NCBI GenBank assembly: GCA_020852175.1
Contig: JADZBH010000066.1
Span: forward strand, 18,208 to 82,207
DNA length: 64,000 bases
Source of the DNA: Bryobacterales bacterium
GTDB lineage: Bacteria > Acidobacteriota > Terriglobia > Bryobacterales > Bryobacteraceae
Reading direction: 5' to 3'
The notes under the pieces were generated by a model. The model had not been told where the DNA came from. It was given only the letters and a program-made list of their open reading frames with translations, and made no database searches. Positions 25,263-35,600 of this stretch are shown piece by piece (the first letter of the stretch is position 1; every line of letters begins with the position of its first letter). Both the position numbers and the translations under genes were made by a program.

Positions 25263-26565
25263 GGCGAACGGAACGAATCACGCACCCGCCGCGCCGCGGC
25301 GCGAGTTTCTCAAACTGGCGGCGGGGGCCGCCTCCACGAATGTACTGGCGGGTTACGTGGCGGCCAGCGGCATCATCAGGGTGGGCGTTGTCGGTTGCGG
25401 CGGCCGGGGAGAGGCCGCGGCCATGAACGCCATGAACGCCGGCAAGGACATTCGCATCGTGGCCATGGGCGACATTCGTCTGGACCGGGTTCAGGAGATA
25501 CGGTCCGCGTTGAAGCTCAAGTATCCGGAGCAGATGGCCGTCGATGACAACCACTGTTTCAAAGGCTTCGACGCTTACAAACATGTGATCGAAAGCTCGG
25601 ACGCGGTCATTATCGCGAACGCGGCGAAGTTCCATCCCTTCCATTTGAAGGCCGCCATTGAAGCCGGCAAACATGTCTTCGTGGAAAAGCCTCACGCCAT
25701 CGATCCGCACGGCATTCAAACCGTCCGCACGGCTGTCGAAATGGCGGCAGCCAAGAGACTCTGCGTCGTGAGCGGATTGCAAAGCCGCTACCATCCGGGC
25801 TACCGGGAAACGATGCAGCGTGTGCACGATGGCGCCATCGGCGAGATCGTGGCGATTCAGGAGACCTGGCTCCGCCCGCCCTACGTCATGTATCAACGGG
25901 CGCCCGGGCTGACCGAGGTGGAGTATCAGGCCAGCAACCAGTACCACTTCCACTGGCTCTGCGGAGACGACGTGCCGCAGACCCTGATTCACAACCTGGA
26001 CCGTTCCAGTTGGGCGATGCGGGACACCGCGCCTGTCCGCGCCTATGGAATGGGCGGACGCTCCACCTTGAAAGGCGAAATCTACGGCGATGTCTTCGAT
26101 CACCATGCCGTCGTCTACGAATTCGCCAACGGCGTCCGCATCTACGCCTACTGCCGGACAATCGACAACTGCTACAACGAAAATTCGAGCCTCATCCTCG
26201 GCACGAAGGGCCGCTGCGATCTGCTCCGGCTGACCATCACCGGCGAAACCAACTGGAACCAGCCGGGACCGCCCACCAAGAACCACGCCTACGATCTGGA
26301 ACATGCCGCGCTGTTCGGCGCCATCCGGTCGGGAAATCCGATCAACAACGGGGACTATATGGTTCGCAGCACGCTGATCACGCTGATGGGACAGTTCAGT
26401 TGTTATTCGGGCAAGGAAGTGACCTGGGACCAGATCTCGGCTTCCAATTACGCGCACCTGCCTCTGCCCGCGGATGTGCGCTCCGATATGGAGCCGCCGG
26501 TCCGTCCTGGTCCTGACGGCAGCTACCCGGTCTTCTTCACGCCCGGCGTGTCGAAATTGCTCTAA
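25255..26565 (+). CDS. Gfo/Idh/MocA-family NAD(P)-dependent oxidoreductase with twin-arginine leader
   Basis: Leader APRREFLKLAAGAASTNVLAG. Rossmann motif RVGVVGCGGRG and the family EKP motif (HVFVEKPHA). 8-nt overlap with the upstream TIM-barrel gene. Confidence 0.85.
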   Translation: MDKANGTNHAPAAPRREFLKLAAGAASTNVLAGYVAASGIIRVGVVGCGGRGEAAAMNAMNAGKDIRIVAMGDIRLDRVQEIRSALKLKYPEQMAVDDNHCFKGFDAYKHVIESSDAVIIANAAKFHPFHLKAAIEAGKHVFVEKPHAIDPHGIQTVRTAVEMAAAKRLCVVSGLQSRYHPGYRETMQRVHDGAIGEIVAIQETWLRPPYVMYQRAPGLTEVEYQASNQYHFHWLCGDDVPQTLIHNLDRSSWAMRDTAPVRAYGMGGRSTLKGEIYGDVFDHHAVVYEFANGVRIYAYCRTIDNCYNENSSLILGTKGRCDLLRLTITGETNWNQPGPPTKNHAYDLEHAALFGAIRSGNPINNGDYMVRSTLITLMGQFSCYSGKEVTWDQISASNYAHLPLPADVRSDMEPPVRPGPDGSYPVFFTPGVSKLL

Positions 26566-26610
26566 TCCCCACATATTGCTTCAGTGAGACATCGCGAAAG
26601 AGGTTAGCCC

Positions 26611-29600
26611 ATGCTTGGAACACACCACCGCGGACTGCCGCTCCTGCTGGCGGTCCTTCTTACGCTCCTGCTGCTTCCGGGGCTGCAGGCGCAGACAACC
26701 TATGGCTCCATCGTCGGTACAGCCCGCGACGCAAGCGGCGCGGTCATCCCCGGCGTCAAGGTAACCGTCACCAACGAAGGCACGAACACGGGCGCCGCCG
26801 CTCTCACGAACGATCTTGGCGCCTACTCGTTCACGACACTGCCTCCCGGACCGTACAAAGTTCACGCCGAGGCCGGCGGTTTCCGGCCCCTGGACATCAC
26901 GGGCATCCAACTGCAAGTGAACCAGACCATCCGGCATGACTTGCAGATGCAGATTGGGCAGGTCTCGGAAAAGGTGGAGGTCAATGCCACTCTGGCCACG
27001 CTAGCCACCGACACCTCCGATGTCGGGCAGGTCATCAACAACAAGCAAATCGTCGACCTGCCGCTCAACGGGCGGCAATACCTTCAACTGGCTTCACTCA
27101 CCAATGGCGTCGTCACCAGCGGCAGCGCCGGCGGCGACAACGCCGGGCCCAACTTCGTCAGCCAGGGCAACCGGGCGTCGAACAACAGCTATCTGGTGGG
27201 TGGTATCGACACGCGCATCCAGCGGAATAACACTTACGGGTTGAGTATCTCGGTGGATGCCATCGGCGAGTTCAAGATTCTGCAAAATTCATTCGCCGCC
27301 GAATATGGCCGCGGCGCATCGGTGGTGACCTCGACGATCAAGGCGGGCACGAACAACTTTCATGGAACGCTCTTCGAATTCGTCCGCAACCAGGTCTTCG
27401 ACGCGCGCTACTCCTACAATTTCACGAACACCAAGACGCCGCTGCGCCAGAACCAGTTTGGCTTCAGCCTGGGCGGTCCCATCATCAAGAACAGGACGTT
27501 CTTCTTCACGAACTACGAGGGGGAGCGGATACGCCAGACGGGAATTGGCTATGGGCAGATGCCTCTCCCTGAGTATTTCGCCGGCAACCTGAGTAAGATG
27601 ACGCAGAAGGCGAAGGACCCCGACTCGGGCCTGCTCTTCCCTGACAACCAGATTCCGGCCTCGCGCATTACCGGATTTTCCAAGGCGGGTCAAAAGTATT
27701 TCCGCGCTCCAAACGGCTCGCCACTGCCCGCCTACAACTACACCGGCATGACAGGCACCCAGCGCCGCGGCGACCAGGGCACGATCAAGATCGACCACAA
27801 TCTCAGCGACAAGATCCGCCTCGATGGATTTCTCACGTTCATGGACCGCGAGGATGTCCGGCCGGCGTTGAACGAGTACAACGGCACGATCTCCACGATG
27901 AAGTCGCGGCCGACCTGGGGCGTGCAATACACGCACGTCTTCAGCCCGACGTTGCTGAACAACTTCCGCGTGGGCCGTTTCATCACGAACATGTACAACG
28001 GCCAGGACAGGATCGCGGCGAATAACGTGGCCGTCGAGGAATTCGGACTGAAAAACGTCCGCCCCGAGGACTTCGCCTATGGACCTCCGGGCATGGCGAT
28101 CAACCTGTTCCAGCGCGCGGGAGTTCCCGACTGGCAGCCGACCGGAGCCACCGACTGGAACTTGCAGTTCAACGATCAACTGACGATGGCCCGGGGCCGC
28201 CACACGATCAAGATGGGCGCCGACATGCGCTGGCTTAGCTGGTATGACCTTGGTTGGGCGATTCAGAACGGCACCTACACATTCAACGGCCAGTACTCCG
28301 CCAACCCGTTCGCCGATTACCTGCTGGGCCTGCCCAGCTATTCGCAGGTAGCTCTACGGGGAGACGGCAAATACAGTTACACGCTCAGACAGGGAGAGTT
28401 CAGTTACTACGCCCAGGACGACTGGAAGGCCACTCCTGAGCTGACGATCAACTACGGGCTTCGCTACGAACTGATCCAGTTTCCTCTGGAAGTGGATAAC
28501 GCCCTTTCGAATTGGGATTTCCCAAACCACACGATGCTTTTCGCGGGCAAGGAACTGCCACGCCGTCTGATACCGACCGACAAGAACAACTTCAGCCCGC
28601 GCCTGGGAGCCGCCTATAGCCCGAAGTGGTCGAAGAAGACCGTCTTCCGCGGCGGCTGGGCGATGATGTACGGCAACTTCCGCCAGTACGAAGCCGCTCT
28701 GCAACATTTCCACCCGCCGTACGTGAATGAGAACTTCATTTACAATGACGCGCCGAAGTACTCCTACACAATCGCCAATCTGTGGCCGGCGCCCATCACC
28801 GACTTCAAGAACGGCGACCTGAGCGGCACCACCGTGAACTACCTGAACGACAAGGCGATGCCTCTCAGCTACCAGTGGAACTTCAACGTGCAGCACGCGC
28901 TGCCGAAGGACTTCCTCTTGCAGGTGGGCTATGTGGGCAACGCCGGCCGCGACATGCAGGTTCGTTACGACGCCAACCAGGCCGTCCCCATGGATCCGGC
29001 CAATCCAACTTCCATCAATGACCGCCGGCCCTGGAAGAGACTCGGCTTCGTCAGCGCGAACAGCTCCAAGGGTTATTCCAGCTACCACGGCCTGGACCTG
29101 CACCTGGAACGCCGCTACTCGAACGGCCTGGCGATCATCGGCAACTACACGTTCATGAAACAGATGGGCATCCGCGGCGTGGATAACTACACCGTGATGA
29201 TGATCGACAACATCAAACACAGCTATGGCCCCGAGGGCAACCAGCACCGCTCGGTCATCAGCTTCGTGTACGACCTTCCGTTCGGCAAGGGCAGGCGTTT
29301 CGCCAACAGCTTGCCGGGCGCGTTCGACCGGATCATCGGCGGCTGGCAGACGAATGGAATCTTCACCTACTTCTCCGGAGGCTTTCTCAGCGCGGATTCC
29401 AGCGTCAACAACGGCGCGGGCGGCCGCCAGCAGAATCGCGCGGACGCCACCGGTCAACCCGCCAACCTGCCAGCGGGGCAGCAGACCACAGCCAGGTGGT
29501 TTAACACCGCGGCGTTCGCCGACCCAACCTACACCCGCTTCGGCACCTCCGGCGTGGGCGTGATCCGGGGACCGGGCGCGTCCAACTGGGATCTGTCCAT

Positions 29601-29784
29601 TTTCAAGAACACCCGGTTGACGGAAGGCATGAACCTGCAATTCCGCACGGAGATGTTCAACGCACTGAACCATGTAAACCTGAACAATCCCGCGACCAGC
29701 GTCAGCAACCGCTCGACGTTCGGCACGATCACCGGCGCCGCCTCGGCGCGCATCATTCAACTCGGGTTGAAGCTGGTTTTTTAG
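26611..29784 (+). CDS. TonB-dependent transporter with CarboxypepD_reg-like N-terminal domain
   Basis: Signal LLLAVLLTLLLLPGLQAQ. YGSIVGTARDASGAVIPGVKVTVTNEGTN..YKVHAEAGGF. Long barrel with C-terminus ..IIQLGLKLVF. AAGAGG lies 8 nt upstream of the ATG. Confidence 0.85.
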   Translation: MLGTHHRGLPLLLAVLLTLLLLPGLQAQTTYGSIVGTARDASGAVIPGVKVTVTNEGTNTGAAALTNDLGAYSFTTLPPGPYKVHAEAGGFRPLDITGIQLQVNQTIRHDLQMQIGQVSEKVEVNATLATLATDTSDVGQVINNKQIVDLPLNGRQYLQLASLTNGVVTSGSAGGDNAGPNFVSQGNRASNNSYLVGGIDTRIQRNNTYGLSISVDAIGEFKILQNSFAAEYGRGASVVTSTIKAGTNNFHGTLFEFVRNQVFDARYSYNFTNTKTPLRQNQFGFSLGGPIIKNRTFFFTNYEGERIRQTGIGYGQMPLPEYFAGNLSKMTQKAKDPDSGLLFPDNQIPASRITGFSKAGQKYFRAPNGSPLPAYNYTGMTGTQRRGDQGTIKIDHNLSDKIRLDGFLTFMDREDVRPALNEYNGTISTMKSRPTWGVQYTHVFSPTLLNNFRVGRFITNMYNGQDRIAANNVAVEEFGLKNVRPEDFAYGPPGMAINLFQRAGVPDWQPTGATDWNLQFNDQLTMARGRHTIKMGADMRWLSWYDLGWAIQNGTYTFNGQYSANPFADYLLGLPSYSQVALRGDGKYSYTLRQGEFSYYAQDDWKATPELTINYGLRYELIQFPLEVDNALSNWDFPNHTMLFAGKELPRRLIPTDKNNFSPRLGAAYSPKWSKKTVFRGGWAMMYGNFRQYEAALQHFHPPYVNENFIYNDAPKYSYTIANLWPAPITDFKNGDLSGTTVNYLNDKAMPLSYQWNFNVQHALPKDFLLQVGYVGNAGRDMQVRYDANQAVPMDPANPTSINDRRPWKRLGFVSANSSKGYSSYHGLDLHLERRYSNGLAIIGNYTFMKQMGIRGVDNYTVMMIDNIKHSYGPEGNQHRSVISFVYDLPFGKGRRFANSLPGAFDRIIGGWQTNGIFTYFSGGFLSADSSVNNGAGGRQQNRADATGQPANLPAGQQTTARWFNTAAFADPTYTRFGTSGVGVIRGPGASNWDLSIFKNTRLTEGMNLQFRTEMFNALNHVNLNNPATSVSNRSTFGTITGAASARIIQLGLKLVF

Positions 29785-29944
29785 CCTTTCATCCGGGATG
29801 CCTGGGTGGGTGGCGCACAGGCGTCACCCACGTCCCTTGTGCGCACTCCCCCGGTTCCCCGGCCCGAGGCGCGCACAGCCCATTGGAAATCACATCGCGG
29901 GACGAAGCAGGACCGGAGAGCCTGCGCCGCGAAAGGAGTTCGTA

Positions 29945-32626
29945 GTGAAACATGCCCTGCTCATCCTGTTGGCGGCGCTGCCGCTCGCATCGCAGACACA
30001 GGTGATTCCTCTGGAAGGCACCTGGCGGTTCCGGCTCGATGCCGAGAAGTCCGGCTCCCAGTTGCGGTGGCATGAACAGCGATTCGAGGACGACCTCATC
30101 TTTTTGCCCGGCAGCACCGACCAGGCCGGTTTCGGCCTGAAGACCGCCGCCGCCTCTCGCGGCTGGCTCTCGCGCCCCTTCGTCTACGAAGGCGCGGCCT
30201 GGTATCAGCGAGACGTAATCGTTCCTGACTCATGGCGAGGCAAACGCCTGGAGCTGTTTCTCGAACGCCCGCATTGGGAGACGAAGGTATGGGTGGACGG
30301 CAGGGAGTTGGGTACGCGCAACAGCCTCTCCACGCCCCATGTCTATGACCTGGGCATGGGCATCGAGCCGGGCCGCCATGCGATCACGATTTGCGTGGAC
30401 AACACGTACAAGATCGACGTAGGGCGGAACGCGCATAGCGTGACCGATCATACGCAGACCAACTGGAACGGCATCGTGGGCAGGCTGGAGCTTCGAGCGG
30501 CCAGCCCGGTTTGGATCGGGCAGGTGCGCATCACGCCACAAGCGGCGGGAAAGACGGCGAAGGTGCGCGTCACCGTGCTCAATGCCACGGGGAGGCCCGT
30601 GACGGCCCGGCTCGCGGCGGAAGGCGTCACCGCGCAGGTGGAGGTGGCGGGCGCGGAGGCGCAGGCGGAATTTACCGTGCATCGTCCCGGCGCGAAGTTG
30701 TGGGACGAATATGAGGGCAACCTGCAAGACCTGGCCATCACGCTAGCCGCTGGTGCGTACCGGGACGAATGGCGCGGACAGTTCGGCCTGCGAGATATGG
30801 GCGTCCATGGGAAGCAGTTCACTCTCAATGGCCGGCCAATCTTTCTCAGGGGCACGCTCGAATGCAACATTTTTCCCATGACCGGCTATCCCCCGATGAC
30901 CGTCGAGGCGTGGTCGAGGCTATTCCGGATCGCGCGGTCTTACGGCCTGAACCACTTCCGGTTTCACTCGTGGTGTCCGCCGGAGGCGGCATTCCAGGCC
31001 GCCGACGAAGCCGGTTTCACGCTACAGGTTGAACTGCCCGTGTGGAGCAACATGGCCGGCAAGGACCCCGTGCTCACCCAATACATGCGGGAGGAAGGAA
31101 GACGGATTCAGGATACGTATGGCAACCACCCATCCTTCACGATGATGTGCCTGGGCAACGAGCTGAAGGGCGATTTCGACGAGATGGACAAGATGACCGG
31201 CGAACTGAAGGAGTACGACCCGCGCCGCCTCTACACCTTCTCCTCCGACCATGTGCGCCGCCATCCCGGACCGACTTCGGACTATTACGTGGCGCACAAC
31301 ACCGATTCGGGACCGGTGCGCATCCACGGCGCCCGGTACGCCCAAACCAACGACGGCACGATGCGGGACCACACGGCCCACGCCGATCGCTTCTCCATGC
31401 CGATGGTGGCCCACGAACTGGGCCAGTGGGTGACGATGCCCGACTATTCCGAGATTGGCAAATACCAGGGCGTGCTCAAAGCACGGAACCTGGAAGCATT
31501 CCGGGCCCAGATGGAAGCGCGGGGCATGCTGGAGCAAAATCGTGAGTTCCATCTCGCGTCCGGGCGGTTTGCCTGGCGGCTGTACAAGGAAGACATCGAG
31601 GCATCGTTGCGCACGCCCAACTGGGGCGGGGTGCAGTTGCTCCAGTTGCAGGATTTCCCCGGACAGGGCGAGGCTCTCATCGGGTTGCTGGACTCCTTCT
31701 GGGAATCGAAGGGGATCCTGGAGCCCGAAGAAATGAATGGGTTTTTCGGCGAGACGACGGCACTGGCGAAGTTCCCCAAATTCACATGGACAAACGATGA
31801 AACATTCACGGCGAGCCTCATGGTGGCCCACTACGGCAAGGCGGCGATCAAAGGAGCATCGGCCCAATGGTCGTTGAAGAACGGCACGGAAATCGTGGCC
31901 GGTGGCTCGACCGCGCCGGCCGATGCCGGTCTGGGACAGGTCCTCACGCTGGGCGGGATCGCGGCGCCACTCGGCACTGTCACAAAGGCGGCGCGTTTGC
32001 GGCTCGAAGTGAAGCTGCCCGCCGCGCGGACAAAGAACTTCTGGGATATTTGGGTGTATCCGAAAGCGGCGCCCTCTTCCACCGGAGACGTGCTGCTGGC
32101 TCACTCGCTGGATGAGACAGCCAGGAAGAAACTCGCCGCCGGAGGCAAGGTGCTGCTGACGCTGCCGTCCGGGACGCAGACCAAGGGGACCATGCCGCAG
32201 CGCTTCCTCCCGGTCTTCTGGTCATTGAGCTGGTTCGCGAAGCAGCCGGGGCACCTCGGAATCTACTGCGACCCATCGCATCCGGCGCTGGCCGGGTTCC
32301 CAACCGCGAACGGAAGCGACTTTCAATGGTGGGACATCACCGAGAATTCCGCCGCGTTCATCCTGGACGGCATCGAAGCGGGATTCCGGCCGATTGTGCA
32401 GGTGATCGACGACTACCACCGGAACCACAAGCTTGGCGCGATCTTTGAAACCAGGGTAGGCCCTGGCCGGCTGCTGGTTTCCGCCTTCGATCTCGACACC
32501 GGCCTTGCCAGCCGGCCCGCGGCACGGCAGCTTCGCGCAAGCCTGCTCGACTATATGAATAGTCCGAAGTTCAATCCAGGGGCGGAACTGCCGGCGGCCA
32601 CGCTGGAAAAGCTGTTGGTTCCATGA
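29945..32626 (+). CDS. GH2-like glycoside hydrolase (beta-galactosidase/glucuronidase-type fold), secreted
   Basis: Track ORF 29798..32626. AAGGAG at 29933..29938 lies 6 nt before the in-frame GTG 29945, giving the signal peptide (V)KHALLILLAALPLASQ. GH2 sugar-binding jelly-roll (WYQRDVIVPDSWRGKRLELFLERPHWETKVWVDGRELG). TIM barrel with MCLGNELKG (acid/base NE) and VAHELGQW. Confidence 0.75.
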   Translation: MKHALLILLAALPLASQTQVIPLEGTWRFRLDAEKSGSQLRWHEQRFEDDLIFLPGSTDQAGFGLKTAAASRGWLSRPFVYEGAAWYQRDVIVPDSWRGKRLELFLERPHWETKVWVDGRELGTRNSLSTPHVYDLGMGIEPGRHAITICVDNTYKIDVGRNAHSVTDHTQTNWNGIVGRLELRAASPVWIGQVRITPQAAGKTAKVRVTVLNATGRPVTARLAAEGVTAQVEVAGAEAQAEFTVHRPGAKLWDEYEGNLQDLAITLAAGAYRDEWRGQFGLRDMGVHGKQFTLNGRPIFLRGTLECNIFPMTGYPPMTVEAWSRLFRIARSYGLNHFRFHSWCPPEAAFQAADEAGFTLQVELPVWSNMAGKDPVLTQYMREEGRRIQDTYGNHPSFTMMCLGNELKGDFDEMDKMTGELKEYDPRRLYTFSSDHVRRHPGPTSDYYVAHNTDSGPVRIHGARYAQTNDGTMRDHTAHADRFSMPMVAHELGQWVTMPDYSEIGKYQGVLKARNLEAFRAQMEARGMLEQNREFHLASGRFAWRLYKEDIEASLRTPNWGGVQLLQLQDFPGQGEALIGLLDSFWESKGILEPEEMNGFFGETTALAKFPKFTWTNDETFTASLMVAHYGKAAIKGASAQWSLKNGTEIVAGGSTAPADAGLGQVLTLGGIAAPLGTVTKAARLRLEVKLPAARTKNFWDIWVYPKAAPSSTGDVLLAHSLDETARKKLAAGGKVLLTLPSGTQTKGTMPQRFLPVFWSLSWFAKQPGHLGIYCDPSHPALAGFPTANGSDFQWWDITENSAAFILDGIEAGFRPIVQVIDDYHRNHKLGAIFETRVGPGRLLVSAFDLDTGLASRPAARQLRASLLDYMNSPKFNPGAELPAATLEKLLVP

Positions 32627-32639
32627 CCGGGAAGAGATC

Positions 32640-35600
32640 ATGAGACGGCGGTGGACGCTTCTTTTTTATGCGATGGCCGCAATGGCTGTATGGAGCGGCG
32701 ACGGCGCGCAGGCCGCCACGTTTCGCGATGACCGCGTGCCGTTGAACGGTGAGTGGCACTTCCAATTGCGGCGCGATAACCGGCTGCTCACGGCGGGGCC
32801 GGTCGAATTCGGTCCGGTGACGGCCTCCTCCCAGGCCGCGATGATCGAACCGTACACGGGCGGGGAGACCTCGGCGGGACGCTGGATCACCTCGACACCC
32901 GTACCACTGGCCGCGACCATCATTCCGTCCGAAGGCGGCAGCTCATGGTCCCGCCAGATCTGGAAGCCGCATCCGCGGCAGCAGGGCGGCACATGGTGGC
33001 GGATTGACCTGGGTCCGGAAAGGACCATGCGCACGGTCGCGGGAATTCGCGTGAACTGGGTGGCGCCTCCGGACGTAACCGTGCGCGCGGAACTCTCCTC
33101 CGACGGAGTGAAGTGGGCCGAATGGGCCTCTTCGGCCTCCGAACGTTCCAGCGTGGACACCTGGATCCGAGGCAATCCGGAACGCGCCCGCTATGTGCGG
33201 CTGCACTTCACTCCGGCCATGTTTCCAGGCACCCGGCTGATCGAGGTGTTCCTGAAAGGACCCGATGGCGCATTGACGCCGTGGCTGCCTTTGCCGCGAA
33301 TGGCCTGGTACGAGAAACTGCGCCAGTACACTCCCTCCGATGGCTTTCACCTGCCCGACTTCGACGACGCTTCCTGGTCCGGAATTCAGGTTCCGTCCTA
33401 CTGGGAACTGGCGCAGTTCAGCGAGCCGACGTGGTGGCAGCCTGACGATGCGGTTGGTTATTACCGCCGCGTGTTCACTCTTCCGGAAAATTGGCGCGGC
33501 CGCCAGGTCCGGCTGCGGTTCGAAGGCGTCAACAACTCGGCGCGAGTGTGGGTGAACGGGCAGGAGATCGGATACCACGAGAGCGGGTTCACGGTCTTTG
33601 AATTCGACGTTACCGCGCACCTGAAATTCGGCCAGCCCAACACCATCGCGGTCCGCGTCTGTAAATGGACCCTGACCCACGAGTACGACACCGACGATGT
33701 CTGGTTTCTGGGCGGAATCTGGCGCGACACGTATTTGTACTCACTGCCCGCGCGACGCATCGACGACTACACCCTCGTCACCGAATTGGACGAGCAGTAC
33801 CGGGATGCCGCGCTGCGCGCCCGGTTGGCGCTGGCCAGCGACGCCGCTTTTACCGGCGCGAGGTACGAGGTGGAAGGTGAGTTGAAGGGACCCGATGGCG
33901 GCGCCGTGCCGGTTGACGGACTGAAGGCCGCGGGCTTTCTGGATGGCCGCGCCCCGCTTTCTATTGAACTGGCGGGCCGTGTCCGGAACCCGCTCAAATG
34001 GACCGCGGAGACGCCGCATCTCTACTCGCTCACCCTTCGGCTGCGCGTGGAAGGACGCACCGTTCATGAATTTTCGACCGCGATCGGCTTCCGTCAGGTT
34101 GAGGTGAAAGGGGACAGAATTCTGCTGAATGGCGTGCCCCTGCGCGTGCAGGGGACCGTGACCACGCGCGCCAACCCGAACGATTCGGGCGAGGATCTGA
34201 AGACCGTATTCGCGAGAGAGATCCGGATTCTCAAGGAATCCAACATCAACATGATTCGCAGCCATACGACGCCGCTCGAAGAGGATTTTCTCGATCTCTG
34301 CGACAAACACGGCATCTATGTGGTTCCCGATGTACCCGCGGTCTGGCTGAACGAGGGCGACTACCGGAATCTCGCCGGCGGCGCCGTGCAGCGGGCCAGG
34401 GAGATTCACCAGCAGCACAAGAATCGCGCCTCGGTCGTGATGTGGCACATCGGTAACGAGAATGGCCCTTCCTCCGGTTACCGTCCGATGGGGCAAGCCG
34501 CGCGCTGGCTCAGCGACAACGATCCCACGCGTCCCGTGGCCCTTTGCGACAACGAGGCGAACCTCGCCGAGTACGGTGCGGCGGTGAAGGACTTTCACTT
34601 CTACGGATGGCCGCCGCTGGAACCCACCGCCGCGCCCTTCCTGATGGGCGAATTTCACGGCGTGCCGGAAGAGGCGGACCGCCTGAAGGACCGCGGCTTT
34701 GTGGAGAGCTGGGGCCGCAGCCTCAAAGCGGGATGGGGCTCGATTGCCGGCAAACCCTGGGTAGTGGGCGCGCTGATGTGCTGCTGGGACGACGGTTCCG
34801 TGAACGGAAATCTGGGCCCGCGCCAGTGGGGACTGCTCGATTCGAAGCGGCACGCGAAGGACCTGGCGTTCCACGTGCGGAAGGTCTATGCACGCGTTCA
34901 TCTGGAACTCGCCGATGCCAGGCTGAGCGCCGGAAGGCTGAACGGCGCCCTGCATGTGTTCAACCGGTACAGCTACGTTGATCTGTCCGGCCACACGTTT
35001 CGTTGGGAACTGCTGGCTGGTGGAAGGACGGCCGCCAGCGGTCTGATCCAGTGCCGCGTGAATCCACAGTCCTCCACGGCGCTACCGCTGAGTCTCACGG
35101 CTCCGGAAGGATCGGAGATCCTTCGCATCTCGGTGTCGGACCGCGAAGGATTCCTCGTGCAGAGTGAGGATTTCGCGCTCACGCCGGAAGCCTCGGGCCG
35201 CAAGGCAGCCTCCCTGCTTTCACACATTGGATTCACCAGGCGCGCCGGCAAGCCGCGCGAGTTCGAATATGCCTGGAAGGCCGGCGGGCTGAGCGTTCGC
35301 GGCCGAGACAGCGCCGAATGGCTCACGATCCCGGGACTCGTGGTACAGACAGGAAAGGACCGCCGTACTAACATCCCACTCGGCGAAGTGCATTATGGCG
35401 TGCCCAGCCACGACGCCGGCAAGCTGATTGTCCCATTCACCATCGCGGAGTCACGAGGCCGTTTGATCTTCGAAGAAGGCGCCAATTTCCTCAAGGCCCG
35501 TTACGAGTTCACCGCCGCGAACGCCATATCGATTCGTGAAATCGGCCTGGCACTGCGGCTTCCTGTGGGCGTGAAGGAGCTTGCCTGGAATCGGGCGCCG

